Assembly: GCA_964439175.1 (NCBI GenBank)
Contig: CAYTNQ010000100.1
Coordinates: forward strand, 1-16,000
Length of the DNA: 16,000 bases
Direction of reading: 5' to 3'
DNA from: an uncultured Anaerolineales bacterium
Lineage (GTDB): Bacteria > Chloroflexota > Anaerolineae > 4572-78 > NAK82
Below, piece by piece: positions 7,336 to 16,000 of the stretch. The notes beneath the pieces were generated by a model, which was given only the letters and a program-made list of their open reading frames with translations, ran no database searches and was not told where the DNA came from. The position numbers and the translations under genes were made by a program. Position 1 is the stretch's first letter. Each line of letters starts with the position of its first letter.

Positions 7336-7824
7336 ATGAGTAACGACAAGACAAACGCCATGCGCGTCCTGGATGCGCGCAAAATCCCGTATCAAGTTTT
7401 CACCTTTTCGCCCGACATCCACTCGGCCGCTGGCGTGGCTGAGGCCATCGGACTGCCACCCCGGCAAGTTTACAAAACCCTGGTGGTGCTGCGTTCCCAG
7501 GGAAAGCCGATGTTGATTATGGTCGCCGGCGACCGAGAGCTGGATCTGAAACGGGTAGCCAAGGCAGTAGGCGAGAAGAAAGTGCGCATGGCTTCGCACA
7601 AAGAGGCGGAAGCGCTGACCGGCCTGCAGGTGGGAGGTATTTCGGCGTTGGCGCTCCTCAATCGCCCATTCGAGGTGTTCATCGACCGTCCCGCCACTGA
7701 ACTGTCCCACCTGTTGGTCAGCGCCGGCAAACGGGGAATCAACCTGCGGCTGGCCGTCCCAGACCTCATCCGCGTCACCCGTGCCCACATCATCGAGGCG
7801 ACCGAACAAGCCGAACATTCCTGA
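7336..7824 (+). CDS. ybaK: YbaK/ProX-family aminoacyl-tRNA trans-editing deacylase (Cys-tRNA(Pro) deacylase-like)
   Basis: 162 aa. N-terminus TNAMRVLDARKIPYQVFTF matches E. coli YbaK TPAVKLLEKNKISFQIHTY. PPRQVYKTLVV matches the conserved (R)VFKTLV motif. Length matches stand-alone YbaK (about 159 aa). Confidence 0.85.
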   Translation: MSNDKTNAMRVLDARKIPYQVFTFSPDIHSAAGVAEAIGLPPRQVYKTLVVLRSQGKPMLIMVAGDRELDLKRVAKAVGEKKVRMASHKEAEALTGLQVGGISALALLNRPFEVFIDRPATELSHLLVSAGKRGINLRLAVPDLIRVTRAHIIEATEQAEHS

Positions 7825-9361
7825 TTTGGAAATCGTCCCAGGCAAATTCATCGTGTTGCAAGTCCGGTGCCAGACGGGCGGCAGTGACGGTTAATTCGTT
7901 GTAGCCGGGCCGCAAGGCCGAGACCGGTACGTCACGACGCACGGTCAACCAGCGACGGGCGAAATCTTCCATTGGCAGGTCAGGCGACAGGGCCACATCG
8001 TTAACCACCAGACTGGCCCCGATCTCGTTCTGTTGCATCAATTCCAATACCAACACCCAATCGGAGGTCCCAGGGTCGCGCAGGTAAAAGCCGCCAGTCC
8101 AGGCGATACTTGGCTTGTGCCCCGCAAAGAGAGGCCACCACGGCGACAGGAGGTCGCTGTCGCCCAGGTGCACTACCGCGTCCGGCGCCAGTATCGGCAC
8201 CACCCCGACCTCAGCCCCAGTTGCAAACTGCTCAGAGTGATCGCCACCTTTTGCCTCCAGCCCCCTGCCCCTGGCCCCCAACTTCTTGCTCCCCTCCGCC
8301 TGGCGCCACATCTCATATGCTGGCCGGGGATCCCCTGTCGAGTCAATCAGGCTATAGCCTCCAAAAGGATCTCCTGGCTCTGGCTGCGACAGATTCCACA
8401 CCGTCACCAATTCCACCCAGGGCCATTCGCGGCGGACGCGGTCCAAGGCACCAGTCAGATACGCTCCCTGCTGCGCCAGGCTCACACCGAGGCCCGGCTG
8501 ATCGGGCGGCGCGTCCACTGTCCAACCCATCTCAGTAATCCACACCGGCTTATCGCCATCGCCCTGTTCGAGCATAATGGCCCGCAGATCCTCGAGGCGA
8601 GCAAAAACCAGCCCGTCGTTGGCACTTTCTGGCGCGTCAGGAGGCAGTCCGAAGCCATACGGGTGTGCGCCCAGCACGTCGAAGTAAGGAGCAGCGCCCG
8701 CCTGATACATGCCCCGCAAAAAGATGCGTTCATCCATGGCACGCTCGCCATCGCCGTTGGTCGGGGCCAGGCCCGCCGCAATCACCAGCGCGTCGGGGTC
8801 ACCCGCCTTCACTGCCTGGTAGCCAGCGCGTAACAACTGCACATAAGCAGCCGGATCGGGCGCATGGCCACCCCACTCCAGCGCCAGGTTGGGCTCATTC
8901 CAGATGATATAGGCTCGGATGCGACCCCGGTAGCGCCAGGCAACTCGCTCCACGAAGTGCCGATAGTCTCCCAGCGCCTCAGGCGGTGCGTTGAGCGGTG
9001 GTTGCACATCGCTGACCCAGGGCGGATGCTGGTCGAGGCGCACCACCAAATCCAGGCCATAATATTCGGCGCCAGCGACTACCTGGTCAGTCACTTCCCA
9101 GTGGAACTGGCCCCGGGTGGGCTCGATCTCGCGCCAGGCAAAGACCTGCACCACGGTGTCAAACCCGGCTGCCCGCGCCAGCGCCAACGAACGGTCATCG
9201 GCGCGTAAGGTGTGGGCTGCCAGTCGCAGCCCTCGCTCCCCCGACCGCCGGGACAGCATGTCGATTGGGTCAGGTGAGGTGCGAGTGCACCCAGTTCCGA
9301 TCAGCAGCCAGGCAAACGCCAACAGAATAAGGGAGGCGATAGTGTGTACCAAACGCTGCAT
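7790..9361 (-). CDS. Secreted clan GH-A (GH5-like) glycoside hydrolase, probable lipoprotein, with extra C-terminal domain
   Basis: N-terminal signal peptide ending LLIGTGC (lipobox-like). FAWREIEPTRGQFHW and IIWNEPN (acid/base Glu in the NEP motif). WITEMGW (nucleophile Glu in the TE motif). The last ~150 aa have no recognisable domain. Its 3' end overlaps the ybaK 3' end by 35 nt (convergent). Confidence 0.75.
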   Translation of the reverse strand: MQRLVHTIASLILLAFAWLLIGTGCTRTSPDPIDMLSRRSGERGLRLAAHTLRADDRSLALARAAGFDTVVQVFAWREIEPTRGQFHWEVTDQVVAGAEYYGLDLVVRLDQHPPWVSDVQPPLNAPPEALGDYRHFVERVAWRYRGRIRAYIIWNEPNLALEWGGHAPDPAAYVQLLRAGYQAVKAGDPDALVIAAGLAPTNGDGERAMDERIFLRGMYQAGAAPYFDVLGAHPYGFGLPPDAPESANDGLVFARLEDLRAIMLEQGDGDKPVWITEMGWTVDAPPDQPGLGVSLAQQGAYLTGALDRVRREWPWVELVTVWNLSQPEPGDPFGGYSLIDSTGDPRPAYEMWRQAEGSKKLGARGRGLEAKGGDHSEQFATGAEVGVVPILAPDAVVHLGDSDLLSPWWPLFAGHKPSIAWTGGFYLRDPGTSDWVLVLELMQQNEIGASLVVNDVALSPDLPMEDFARRWLTVRRDVPVSALRPGYNELTVTAARLAPDLQHDEFAWDDFQIRNVRLVRSPR

Positions 9362-9396
9362 CAGAATCCCCTTACGCTATACGGCATACAAAGTAC

Positions 9397-9473
9397 TGCG
9401 TATTGCGCGCTTCGCGTGCGTATTGCGTGTTGCGTAGTGGATATTGCGTCCGGGATGCTGAGTGCGCGCAATA
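9397..9473. repeat. TATTGCG direct repeats (9401, 9421, 9442; about 20-bp spacing) plus inverted copy CGCAATA (9467-9473) upstream of the glycosidase gene
   Basis: Read directly from the sequence: TGCGTATTGCG at 9397-9407 and 9417-9427, TATTGCG at 9442-9448, and CGCAATA at 9467-9473. They lie in the 127-bp region between the glycosidase start (9361) and the oxidase stop (9489). Confidence 0.35.
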
Positions 9474-9488
9474 GGCAGGTTCCAAGAT

Positions 9489-11108
9489 TCACGGAAATAC
9501 CAGCTTGCCCGGATTCATCACACCTTCGGGGTCGAAAGTTCGGCACAGGCTGCGCAGGGCTGCCATACCCACTTTCCCCTTTTCGGCCGGCAGGTAGGAG
9601 GTGTGGTCGACGCCCACGCCATGTTGGTGGCTGATGGTACCGCCGGCGGCGACGATGACATCGCTGGCGGCGGCCTTGAGAAGACGCCAGCGCCGCAGGG
9701 TCTCGCCGGGGTCTATGCCGTGCGGGCTGGAGTCAGCCAGAGGCAGTCGAAAGAGGTAGGTGACGTAGATGCTGGCACCGTCGGTGTAAATGTGAGACAA
9801 ATGGGCGAAGACATGGACACGCTCCCCAACCTCCTTTAGCCCATCCCGCAGGGCGCGCCGTATGGCATCCGCTGTGGGGAAAACGTCTAACCAGCGGACG
9901 GCAGTCTCCAGTGTATCCACAGCGTAGCCTCGCTCCCAGAGCGTGTTGCGCAGGTAGGGAGTGCGAAAGCGGCTCTTGCGCCACTCTTCCCCCAACTTAC
10001 GTCCCACACAGACACCGCCGTAAGCGCGGGCGACTTCCATCACCTGCTTGCGGGTTGCTTTCACTGCGTCGTCACACCCAGTGATACCAACAAAAAGTAT
10101 ACACCTGTTCGGACCCAGTCCACGCAGACGCAGCAGCCGCTCCAACAAGCTCACCAGCCCTTCGTGGCCGGCCAGGGCCAGGGTGGTGGTCGTCTCGACA
10201 GTGTCGCTCAGGCGCAACATTGAAAGAGGCAGCCGGGCCTGAGCCATCTCGCGGACGGCAGCCACACCCTGCGCCCAAACCGGGAAGAAGATGGCGTGGA
10301 ACTCCTCCCGTTCGGGCAGCGGGCTGACCCGCAGAGTGGCCTGGGTGATGATCCCCAGCCGCCCCTCGGAGCCAAGCACAAGCTGCCGCAGGTCAGGCCC
10401 CGCGGCACTGGCAGGGAAAGGTGGCAGATTCAGCCGCCCCATGGGCGAGAGCAGCCGTCCGCCTGCGAACAACTCTTCAATGCGTCCATAATACAGGGAT
10501 TGCTGTCCACTGGAGCGGGTGGCGATCCAGCCGCCTAGCGTAGAGAGCTCAAAGGATTGGGGAAAGTGCCCCAAGGTATAGCCTCGCGCCCGCAGACTTG
10601 CCTCCAGGCGTGGACCGTCTACCCCGGCACCAAAAGTCGCGAGCCGGCTCACCTCGTCGAGGGCAAACCGGCGGTTGATGCGGCCCATATCCATGGTGAG
10701 AACCGGGGCATGGCCTGGAGACGGATTTACGTGACCCACGACGCTCGTCCCGCCGCCATAAGGAATGAGGTGGGCACCAACCCTGGCAGCGAATGTGATA
10801 AGTTGCGCTACCTCTTCCTCAGATGAAGGGAAGGCAATGCCATCCGGGAAGGCCGGAATATGCCCACTCCGAATAGCAACCCAGTCAGGTAGACTCTGGC
10901 CGCAAGCGTGGCACAAGCGCGCTTCGGCGTCAGTGGTTACCAGCGGATAGGCAGGCAGGCGACCGCGAGGGACGGCGCGAAGCACTTGGGCTAACGCGGC
11001 GTCTTGCGGCGGCGTCGCTGGGCCGAGAACCTCCTCCAGAAAGCGAAGCGCCGAGGGAGAAAGGGGATACGCAACGGCCTGGTCACCCCATCCATTCCAA
11101 CGTCGCAT
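9489..11108 (-). CDS. FAD-linked oxidase, alkyldihydroxyacetonephosphate synthase (AGPS)-like (FAD_binding_4 plus C-terminal oxidase domain)
   Basis: N-terminal RRWNGWGD motif characteristic of AGPS-like enzymes. PYGGGTSVVG FAD-binding segment. C-terminal HQHGVG typical of vanillyl-alcohol-oxidase-family FAD oxidases. ATG at 11108 (TTG at 11111 in the ORF track) is preceded by GGAGG at 11118..11114 with a 5-nt spacer. Confidence 0.8.
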   Translation of the reverse strand: MRRWNGWGDQAVAYPLSPSALRFLEEVLGPATPPQDAALAQVLRAVPRGRLPAYPLVTTDAEARLCHACGQSLPDWVAIRSGHIPAFPDGIAFPSSEEEVAQLITFAARVGAHLIPYGGGTSVVGHVNPSPGHAPVLTMDMGRINRRFALDEVSRLATFGAGVDGPRLEASLRARGYTLGHFPQSFELSTLGGWIATRSSGQQSLYYGRIEELFAGGRLLSPMGRLNLPPFPASAAGPDLRQLVLGSEGRLGIITQATLRVSPLPEREEFHAIFFPVWAQGVAAVREMAQARLPLSMLRLSDTVETTTTLALAGHEGLVSLLERLLRLRGLGPNRCILFVGITGCDDAVKATRKQVMEVARAYGGVCVGRKLGEEWRKSRFRTPYLRNTLWERGYAVDTLETAVRWLDVFPTADAIRRALRDGLKEVGERVHVFAHLSHIYTDGASIYVTYLFRLPLADSSPHGIDPGETLRRWRLLKAAASDVIVAAGGTISHQHGVGVDHTSYLPAEKGKVGMAALRSLCRTFDPEGVMNPGKLVFP

Positions 11109-11136
11109 CAACGCCTCCGGTTTCTTCGTGACCGAA

Positions 11137-11255
11137 TTATCCCAAAACGATTTGGGATAATTTTGGATAAATTATAGAGATATTCTAAGAATCGGCGACC
11201 AACTTGGCATAAATTTGGGATAAACTTGGGATAACTTTGGGATAACTTTGGGAAT
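11137..11255. promoter_or_regulatory. Array of TTGGGATAA-type 9-mers with strict 11-bp periodicity plus a perfect 10/4/10 palindrome, in the oxidase promoter region; candidate operator or iteron array
   Basis: Palindrome TTATCCCAAA-acga-TTTGGGATAA at 11137-11160. Direct copies start at 11152, 11163 (TTTGGATAA), 11204 (TTGGCATAA), 11215, 11226, 11237 and 11248 (TTGGGAAT). Every offset within a cluster is exactly 11 bp. A TATAAT sits on the minus strand at 11176..11171 between the two clusters. GANTC sites at 11189-11193 and 11252-11256. Confidence 0.6.
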
Positions 11256-11271
11256 CTCAGACGTGATTGGC

Positions 11272-12645
11272 TTATTTCAGTATGTAATACGTGCCCCGTT
11301 TGTCGCCCACTTTGAGCAGCAAGCCTTTGTCTACCAGATCGGCCAAGTCGAGGCGCAAGGTCTCGGGGGAGACGTTGGGGCAGATGGTGCGGTAGTCGCG
11401 GTTTGTGATGCGCCCGAACTCACGCACGTGAGCCAGCGCCCGCATCTGGCGCTCGTTCATATTCTGCTCCCATGGTGGGGATGGGCGCCGTTCGCGCACA
11501 TTGCGGAGGGTAACGCTGAAAGAGTAAGGCGTGGCTTTGAAATCGGGTGGCGGGTGGCCGCGCTGCAACATCTCTTCGATCATGCGATCGATGCCCAACC
11601 CCAACTCCTCAATGTAGCCCCACTGAAAGAGGCCAGCCACGATGCGGGGATTGCGCGAAAAGTGCTCTTCGACGATGTTATCTACCGTGATATAGCCGGG
11701 TAGGCCGCCGGGGCTGATCACTTCCAGCCGATCTTCGAACATGCGGATCTCCACGCGCCGGCCGGAGAGGCGGTAATCCCGATGGGCGATGGCGTTTACC
11801 AGCGCTTCGCGTACGGCGAAGCTGGGATATTCAGGTTGCTCCTCCCGCTGAAGGCCGACTACCACGGCCCCTACGCGCATCTCTTCCCAAACGATGTTCC
11901 ACGCTGATTCCAGCAAGCGAGCTAACGGTCCTTCCAATTCGGCGCGCCGGCCATATCCGGCCAAACCATCCTTGCCACGCGGCTCGCTGCCCACAAAGCG
12001 CACGAAGACAATGCCGCTCTGGGATATGAACTCCTGCGGGCACTTGCCGAAGAGAAGTAAACCCGAAACGGTGGGCGTGCCGTCCGGGGTTAAGGCACCG
12101 ATACTGATTAAGTGATCGTCCACTGTGCCGCTAACCGGACGCCGTCCTCGCTCTGCCCGCTTCTCCAGATATTCTTCAATGACGGCGTCGTCCATATCGG
12201 TGCGGCGCGCGCCGCCGACTGGCTCCGCCTCGAAGTCGCCACTGGACTTGGTGGCAGCGAGCTGGCGGATAGCGTCGCCCCCCAGCGGCCGGTTCCCGGG
12301 ACCGTGGCGGATGAGCACCCGGCCATCGGCTAGGCTATGTAATTCCGGGCTGCGGGCCACACTGATGTGCACTACGGTGCCCTGGGGCAATTCGGCCTGC
12401 CCCCATTCGGTAGCGACGGGAGGACGGCACAATCCAAGAGCTTGCTGAAGAAGCCCTTCCACATCCTCGTCCAGCACATCGCCGGTCACTTGCCCCTCCG
12501 GCGTGATACCAATCAGAATGGTGCCACCATCGGCGTTGGCGAAGGCGACCAATGTCTCGGCCAGCCCCTCCACCTCAGGATCCGGCAAAAAGGCGGTGGT
12601 TTGATTCGGCCCGCGAGCTAGCAAATTAGAAAGGTGAGTTCGCAT
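11272..12645 (-). CDS. AlbA_2 (Schlafen-like divergent AAA) plus HATPase_c_4 plus C-terminal winged-HTH putative transcriptional regulator (often misannotated as a RecG-like helicase)
   Basis: N-terminal LAETLVAFANADGGTILIGI (AlbA_2 signature). REALVNAIAHRDY (HATPase_c_4 signature). C-terminal ITNRDYRTICPNVSPETLRLDLADLVDKGLL winged helix. Confidence 0.85.
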   Translation of the reverse strand: MRTHLSNLLARGPNQTTAFLPDPEVEGLAETLVAFANADGGTILIGITPEGQVTGDVLDEDVEGLLQQALGLCRPPVATEWGQAELPQGTVVHISVARSPELHSLADGRVLIRHGPGNRPLGGDAIRQLAATKSSGDFEAEPVGGARRTDMDDAVIEEYLEKRAERGRRPVSGTVDDHLISIGALTPDGTPTVSGLLLFGKCPQEFISQSGIVFVRFVGSEPRGKDGLAGYGRRAELEGPLARLLESAWNIVWEEMRVGAVVVGLQREEQPEYPSFAVREALVNAIAHRDYRLSGRRVEIRMFEDRLEVISPGGLPGYITVDNIVEEHFSRNPRIVAGLFQWGYIEELGLGIDRMIEEMLQRGHPPPDFKATPYSFSVTLRNVRERRPSPPWEQNMNERQMRALAHVREFGRITNRDYRTICPNVSPETLRLDLADLVDKGLLLKVGDKRGTYYILK

Positions 12646-12761
12646 CCTATCTCACTGCACCTAGACTCTACAAGAGGACTAATCAACTTCTCCAACCATT
12701 CTACTTCATCACATCTTCTTTTCCAAAATTTGAACAAATACCAAGTCCTCCCAAACGTAGC

Positions 12762-13865
<1,104 letters not shown>

Positions 13866-13907
13866 TTACACCGGCCCTTGTTCTACAATCTACCCCCCCT
13901 GACTAAG

Positions 13908-15071
13908 CTAAATCTGATCCCAAAAACCTAGCTGGTGAGAGGGGCGGTGACCATTGAGCAAAATGAAGGGAGCAGTCCGGCCCGCGACGGCGCCCAAGGC
14001 ACGCAAGTCAGACAGGTTCTGCAGGTGACCCTGGCGGCGCGCACGCAAAATGGCGTCAGCGCTGCGCGGACCAATGCCCGGCACGCGCAATAACTCCCTG
14101 CGGCTGGCCCGGTTGATTTCTAACGGCTGCTCCGCCAGGTGCTGGCGCGCCCAGGCCAGCTTGGGGTCGACGCCAACCGGCAGCAGGCCCCGGTGGTCGA
14201 AAGGGAGTTCGTCCAGGGTGAAGCCGTAGAAACGCAGGAGCCAGTCAGCCTGGTAGAGGTGGTGTTGGCGGATGGGAGGCGTGCGATCAGCACCGGCCAG
14301 TGGCGTGTCGGGCACAGGGTTGAAGCCAGAGTAGTAGGCACGGGCTAATTTCACCTGGCGGTAGAGTTGGTCGGCAGCCATCAGTAGCTCGCGGTCGCTC
14401 TCGCCCGCCGGGCCGACGACGAATTGCGTCGTCAGGCTAGGTGTTTTGGCCAGCAGCCCTTGTGCCCTGGGAATCTCGTAAGCCCAGCGCATGGCCTGCA
14501 GCAACTCCCCGGCAAAGTCCTTTTGCGGGGCCAGGCGGGCCAACCTGGCCGCGTTCGCGCCTTCCAGGTTAATGGATACCCGGTCGGCCAGGCGAAGCGC
14601 ATGCTCTACCTGCGACCGTTCGGCCCCCGGCATGATCTTCAAATGGACGTAGCCGCGATATGCGTATTTACGCCGGATCAACTCGACGCTGGCCAACATC
14701 GGATCCATGGTTTTGGTCCCGCCACCAACGACCCCGCTGCTGAGAAACAGCCCTGTGACGACCCCCGCCTGCTGCATACGGTCGAATTCGCGGGCCAGTT
14801 CGTCGGGGCTCAAACGGACGCGGACGGTGCTGCCCCGCCCCGCCCGAAAGGGACAGTAGTGACAGTTCCGCTCGCAAGCGCTGGTCTGCATGGTGCGCAG
14901 CACGGTCATCGGACCGTCCGGCCGCTGAACCTGATAGAGAGACCTGTCCAGAAAATCGCGCTTGGCTTGTTGGCGAGGCGTCAGCATCGGTTCGCCATCA
15001 CACTCAAGCCTGCTCTCATGGGCCAGCAGTTGCAGCTTCTGTTGAGCGTCAGGTGTGATAAGCGTGTGCAT
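13908..15071 (-). CDS. Radical SAM protein with C-terminal helix-hairpin-helix (putative DNA modification/repair radical SAM family)
   Basis: CxxxCxxC motif (CERNCHYCPF) about 65 aa from the N-terminus. C-terminal LRVPGIGPRSADAIL HhH motif. Length 387 aa. Confidence 0.7.
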   Translation of the reverse strand: MHTLITPDAQQKLQLLAHESRLECDGEPMLTPRQQAKRDFLDRSLYQVQRPDGPMTVLRTMQTSACERNCHYCPFRAGRGSTVRVRLSPDELAREFDRMQQAGVVTGLFLSSGVVGGGTKTMDPMLASVELIRRKYAYRGYVHLKIMPGAERSQVEHALRLADRVSINLEGANAARLARLAPQKDFAGELLQAMRWAYEIPRAQGLLAKTPSLTTQFVVGPAGESDRELLMAADQLYRQVKLARAYYSGFNPVPDTPLAGADRTPPIRQHHLYQADWLLRFYGFTLDELPFDHRGLLPVGVDPKLAWARQHLAEQPLEINRASRRELLRVPGIGPRSADAILRARRQGHLQNLSDLRALGAVAGRTAPFILLNGHRPSHQLGFWDQI

Positions 15072-15102
15072 ACTCCTATTATACGAACGTTTGTTCGGTA
15101 CG

Positions 15103-16000
15103 TCAAGAAGATATCTCGCGAGCCAGGCTCGCCCATTCGTCCAGACTGAGCGTCTGGGCGCGGCGTCGGGGATCTACCCCAGCCCGAGTCAGAGCGCCGA
15201 CCATTTCGGTCGGGGACAGATCCAGGCCGGCAGCTAAGGCATTCTTGAGTTGCTTGCGCTTCTGTCCAAACCCGGCGCGGACGACGCGGAAGAAAGTCTC
15301 TGCGTCGGGCACCTGGACCGGCGTTGCGTCGTAGGTGTCAATACGGACCACTGCCGAATCCACTTTGGGAGGTGGGACGAAGGCCCCGGCAGGGATTTTG
15401 GCGACGATCCGCGGCTGGCCGTAGAACCGTACGCTCACCGCCAGCATACTCATGTCACCCGGTCTGGCGACCATCCGCTCGGCAACCTCACGCTGCACGG
15501 TCAGCACCAGCCGCCGGGGGGGCGGGTCCGCCTCCAGCAGATGGCGGATGGCGGCCGAAGTGATGTAATAGGGCAAGTTGGCGACGACGACGTATATAAG
15601 AGGAGACTGGAGATTGGGAGATTGGAGATTGGCAGATTGCCTGCCCCCCGGCCCGCTGGCGCGAGCCCGGGCGGGCTGGCGGGTAGGCCAGGGGAGATTG
15701 GGGGGCTGAGGGCCACGCATTAAGGCGGCCGGGTCAAGCTGCAAGATGTCCCCCTGTACCAATTCTAGATGGGGCAGGTACGCCAATTCCTCCCGCAGCA
15801 GGCCGATCATCGCCTGATCCAGTTCGACGGCGACGACGCGTCCGGCAGCCCGGGCCAACAAGCGGGTAAGAGTCCCCAGGCCGGGTCCGATCTCCAGCAC
15901 CGCCATCTCGGATGATAGTTCCGCTGCCTCGACGATCTTGCGTAGAATATTGGGGTCAGCCAGAAAGTGCTGCCCCAGCCCTTTACGCGGGCGCAGATTG
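15103..16000 (-). CDS. rsmA: 16S rRNA (adenine1518/1519-N6)-dimethyltransferase RsmA/KsgA, 5'-truncated by the window edge, with an approx 35-aa Pro/Arg-rich insertion
   Basis: VLEIGPGLGTLT (SAM motif I). VVANLPYYITS (KsgA NLPY motif). The reading frame stays open from 15906 to the window end, and the upstream codons translate to NLRPRKGLGQHFLADPNILRKIVEAAELSSE, the canonical KsgA N-terminus. The true start is therefore beyond 16000. Confidence 0.85.
   Translation of the reverse strand, partial: NLRPRKGLGQHFLADPNILRKIVEAAELSSEMAVLEIGPGLGTLTRLLARAAGRVVAVELDQAMIGLLREELAYLPHLELVQGDILQLDPAALMRGPQPPNLPWPTRQPARARASGPGGRQSANLQSPNLQSPLIYVVVANLPYYITSAAIRHLLEADPPPRRLVLTVQREVAERMVARPGDMSMLAVSVRFYGQPRIVAKIPAGAFVPPPKVDSAVVRIDTYDATPVQVPDAETFFRVVRAGFGQKRKQLKNALAAGLDLSPTEMVGALTRAGVDPRRRAQTLSLDEWASLAREISS
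15602..15639. repeat. Tandem heptamer (G)AGATTG x4-5 inside rsmA, encoding the SANLQSPNLQSP part of the insertion
   Basis: ggagactgg-agattgg-gagattgg-agattgg-cagattg, read directly at 15602-15639. Confidence 0.6.

Noticed and set aside
7790-7824. 35-nt overlap of convergent ybaK and glycosidase 3' ends as evidence of a mis-called gene
   Set aside because: Both proteins have full-length family-typical C-termini. Short convergent 3' overlaps are common in compact, GC-rich genomes.
11137-11255. CRISPR array, or a bona fide oriC, for the TTGGGATAA repeat cluster
   Set aside because: The repeats are only 9 bp at 11-bp period, with no spacers and no cas genes, so it is not a CRISPR. oriC is kept only as an alternative hypothesis: the box differs from the TTATCCACA DnaA consensus at two positions, no dnaA or dnaN is adjacent, and the array sits in a normal promoter position.

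Overview
Every well-supported gene in this window is on the minus strand except one (ybaK, plus), and the window splits into two parts by base composition. The left part (1-7335) is about 50% GC by spot counts. It carries a 1130-aa cytoplasmic multi-GAF sensor histidine kinase and, upstream of it, a tightly coupled three-gene operon. That operon encodes (i) an AAA+/P-loop NTPase with a winged-helix-like C-terminus, (ii) a membrane-anchored SPFH/band-7 protein, and (iii) a 461-aa stand-alone paralog of the alanyl-tRNA synthetase (AlaRS) N-terminal fragment (catalytic plus tRNA-recognition domains). It aligns end-to-end with E. coli AlaRS up to roughly residue 461, the classical minimal aminoacylating fragment, and lacks the editing and C-Ala domains. 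A YbaK-type aminoacyl-tRNA trans-editing deacylase (plus strand) is transcribed divergently from the same AT-rich intergenic region. The operon is the main candidate novel system here. The right part (7336-16000, about 62-67% GC) holds ordinary genes on the minus strand: a clan GH-A glycoside hydrolase lipoprotein, an AGPS-like FAD-linked oxidase, an AlbA_2/HATPase_c_4/HTH regulator, a CcrM/M.HinfI-family N6-adenine DNA methyltransferase (GANTC type) with no restriction partner, a radical-SAM DNA-repair-type protein with a C-terminal HhH motif, and a partial rsmA/ksgA that runs off the window edge and contains an unusual repeat-encoded insertion. Other non-coding features are an 11-bp-periodic array of TTGGGATAA repeats plus a perfect palindrome in the oxidase promoter region, TATTGCG repeats upstream of the glycosidase, and a 28-codon basic ORF in frame immediately upstream of ybaK. 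The long plus-strand ORFs in the six-frame track are antisense shadow ORFs of the high-GC genes.
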